Positions 32,944-33,104 of a DNA stretch of 33,104 nucleotides are shown piece by piece; position 1 is the stretch's first letter, and each line of letters opens with the position of its first letter. Source of the DNA: a virus (taxonomy: Duplodnaviria; Caudoviricetes); the IMG/VR virus record IMGVR_UViG_3300005932_000012, positions 1 to 33,104 of that record, one strand, 5' to 3'. The notes under the pieces were generated by a model. That model did not search any database and was not told the DNA's origin. It saw only the letters and a list, made by a program, of their open reading frames with translations. Position numbers and translations under genes: made by a program.

Positions 32944-33104
32944 GATGCACCCCCGTAAAGCCAGCTTGTCCACTGTCGTCGGCGTTCTCTGCGTTCGTTT
33001 CGTTGCCGGCGTTCATCGCGGTCAACTGGTATACCGGGTTCGGGTCGGTTCCGTATCTGGACACCGAGGCGTAAGCTGTCGGCGCATGACTGGAGGTTCG
33101 CGGT
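32940..33104 (-). CDS. 3' end of a hypothetical gene entering from the right edge
   Basis: Open frame ...TANLQSCADSLRLGVQIRNRPEPGIPVDRDERRQRNERRERRRQWTSWLYGGAS*, ending in an ATGA overlap with the next gene. Confidence 0.45.
   Translation of the reverse strand, partial: TANLQSCADSLRLGVQIRNRPEPGIPVDRDERRQRNERRERRRQWTSWLYGGAS

Noticed and set aside
1-33104. Alternative genetic code (stop-codon reassignment)
   Set aside because: Core genes are full length and tightly packed under the standard code, with TAA, TAG and TGA all used as stops.

Overview
The window is about 33 kb of a tailed dsDNA phage (siphovirus-like: long tape measure, tail-chaperone frameshift pair, no sheath gene), with essentially all genes on the minus strand. 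In transcription order (right to left) there are five regions. (1) Small early genes, including an ArdA-like antirestriction protein and a phage-borne beta sliding clamp (DnaN). (2) A repeat-rich intergenic region, then a sigma70-like promoter upstream of a cassette of tandem structured RNAs. One is a circularly permuted tRNA mimic of the YrlA Y-RNA type, and two 71-nt RNAs share its motifs. They lie directly upstream of a Ro60/Rsr (TROVE-vWA) gene and a small membrane protein. (3) A replication/recombination module: D5/SF3 helicase, iteron plus AT-rich origin candidate, putative SSB, PD-(D/E)XK nuclease, AAA ATPase, ERCC4 nuclease, HNH, and a family A DNA polymerase fused to a degenerate uracil-DNA glycosylase domain. 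(4) Packaging and head genes. (5) Tail genes running off the left edge. No integrase, repressor, primase, endolysin or RtcB is visible in the window. The most notable system is the phage Ro60 plus multi-Y-RNA array. All calls come from reading motifs by eye; no database searches were run.
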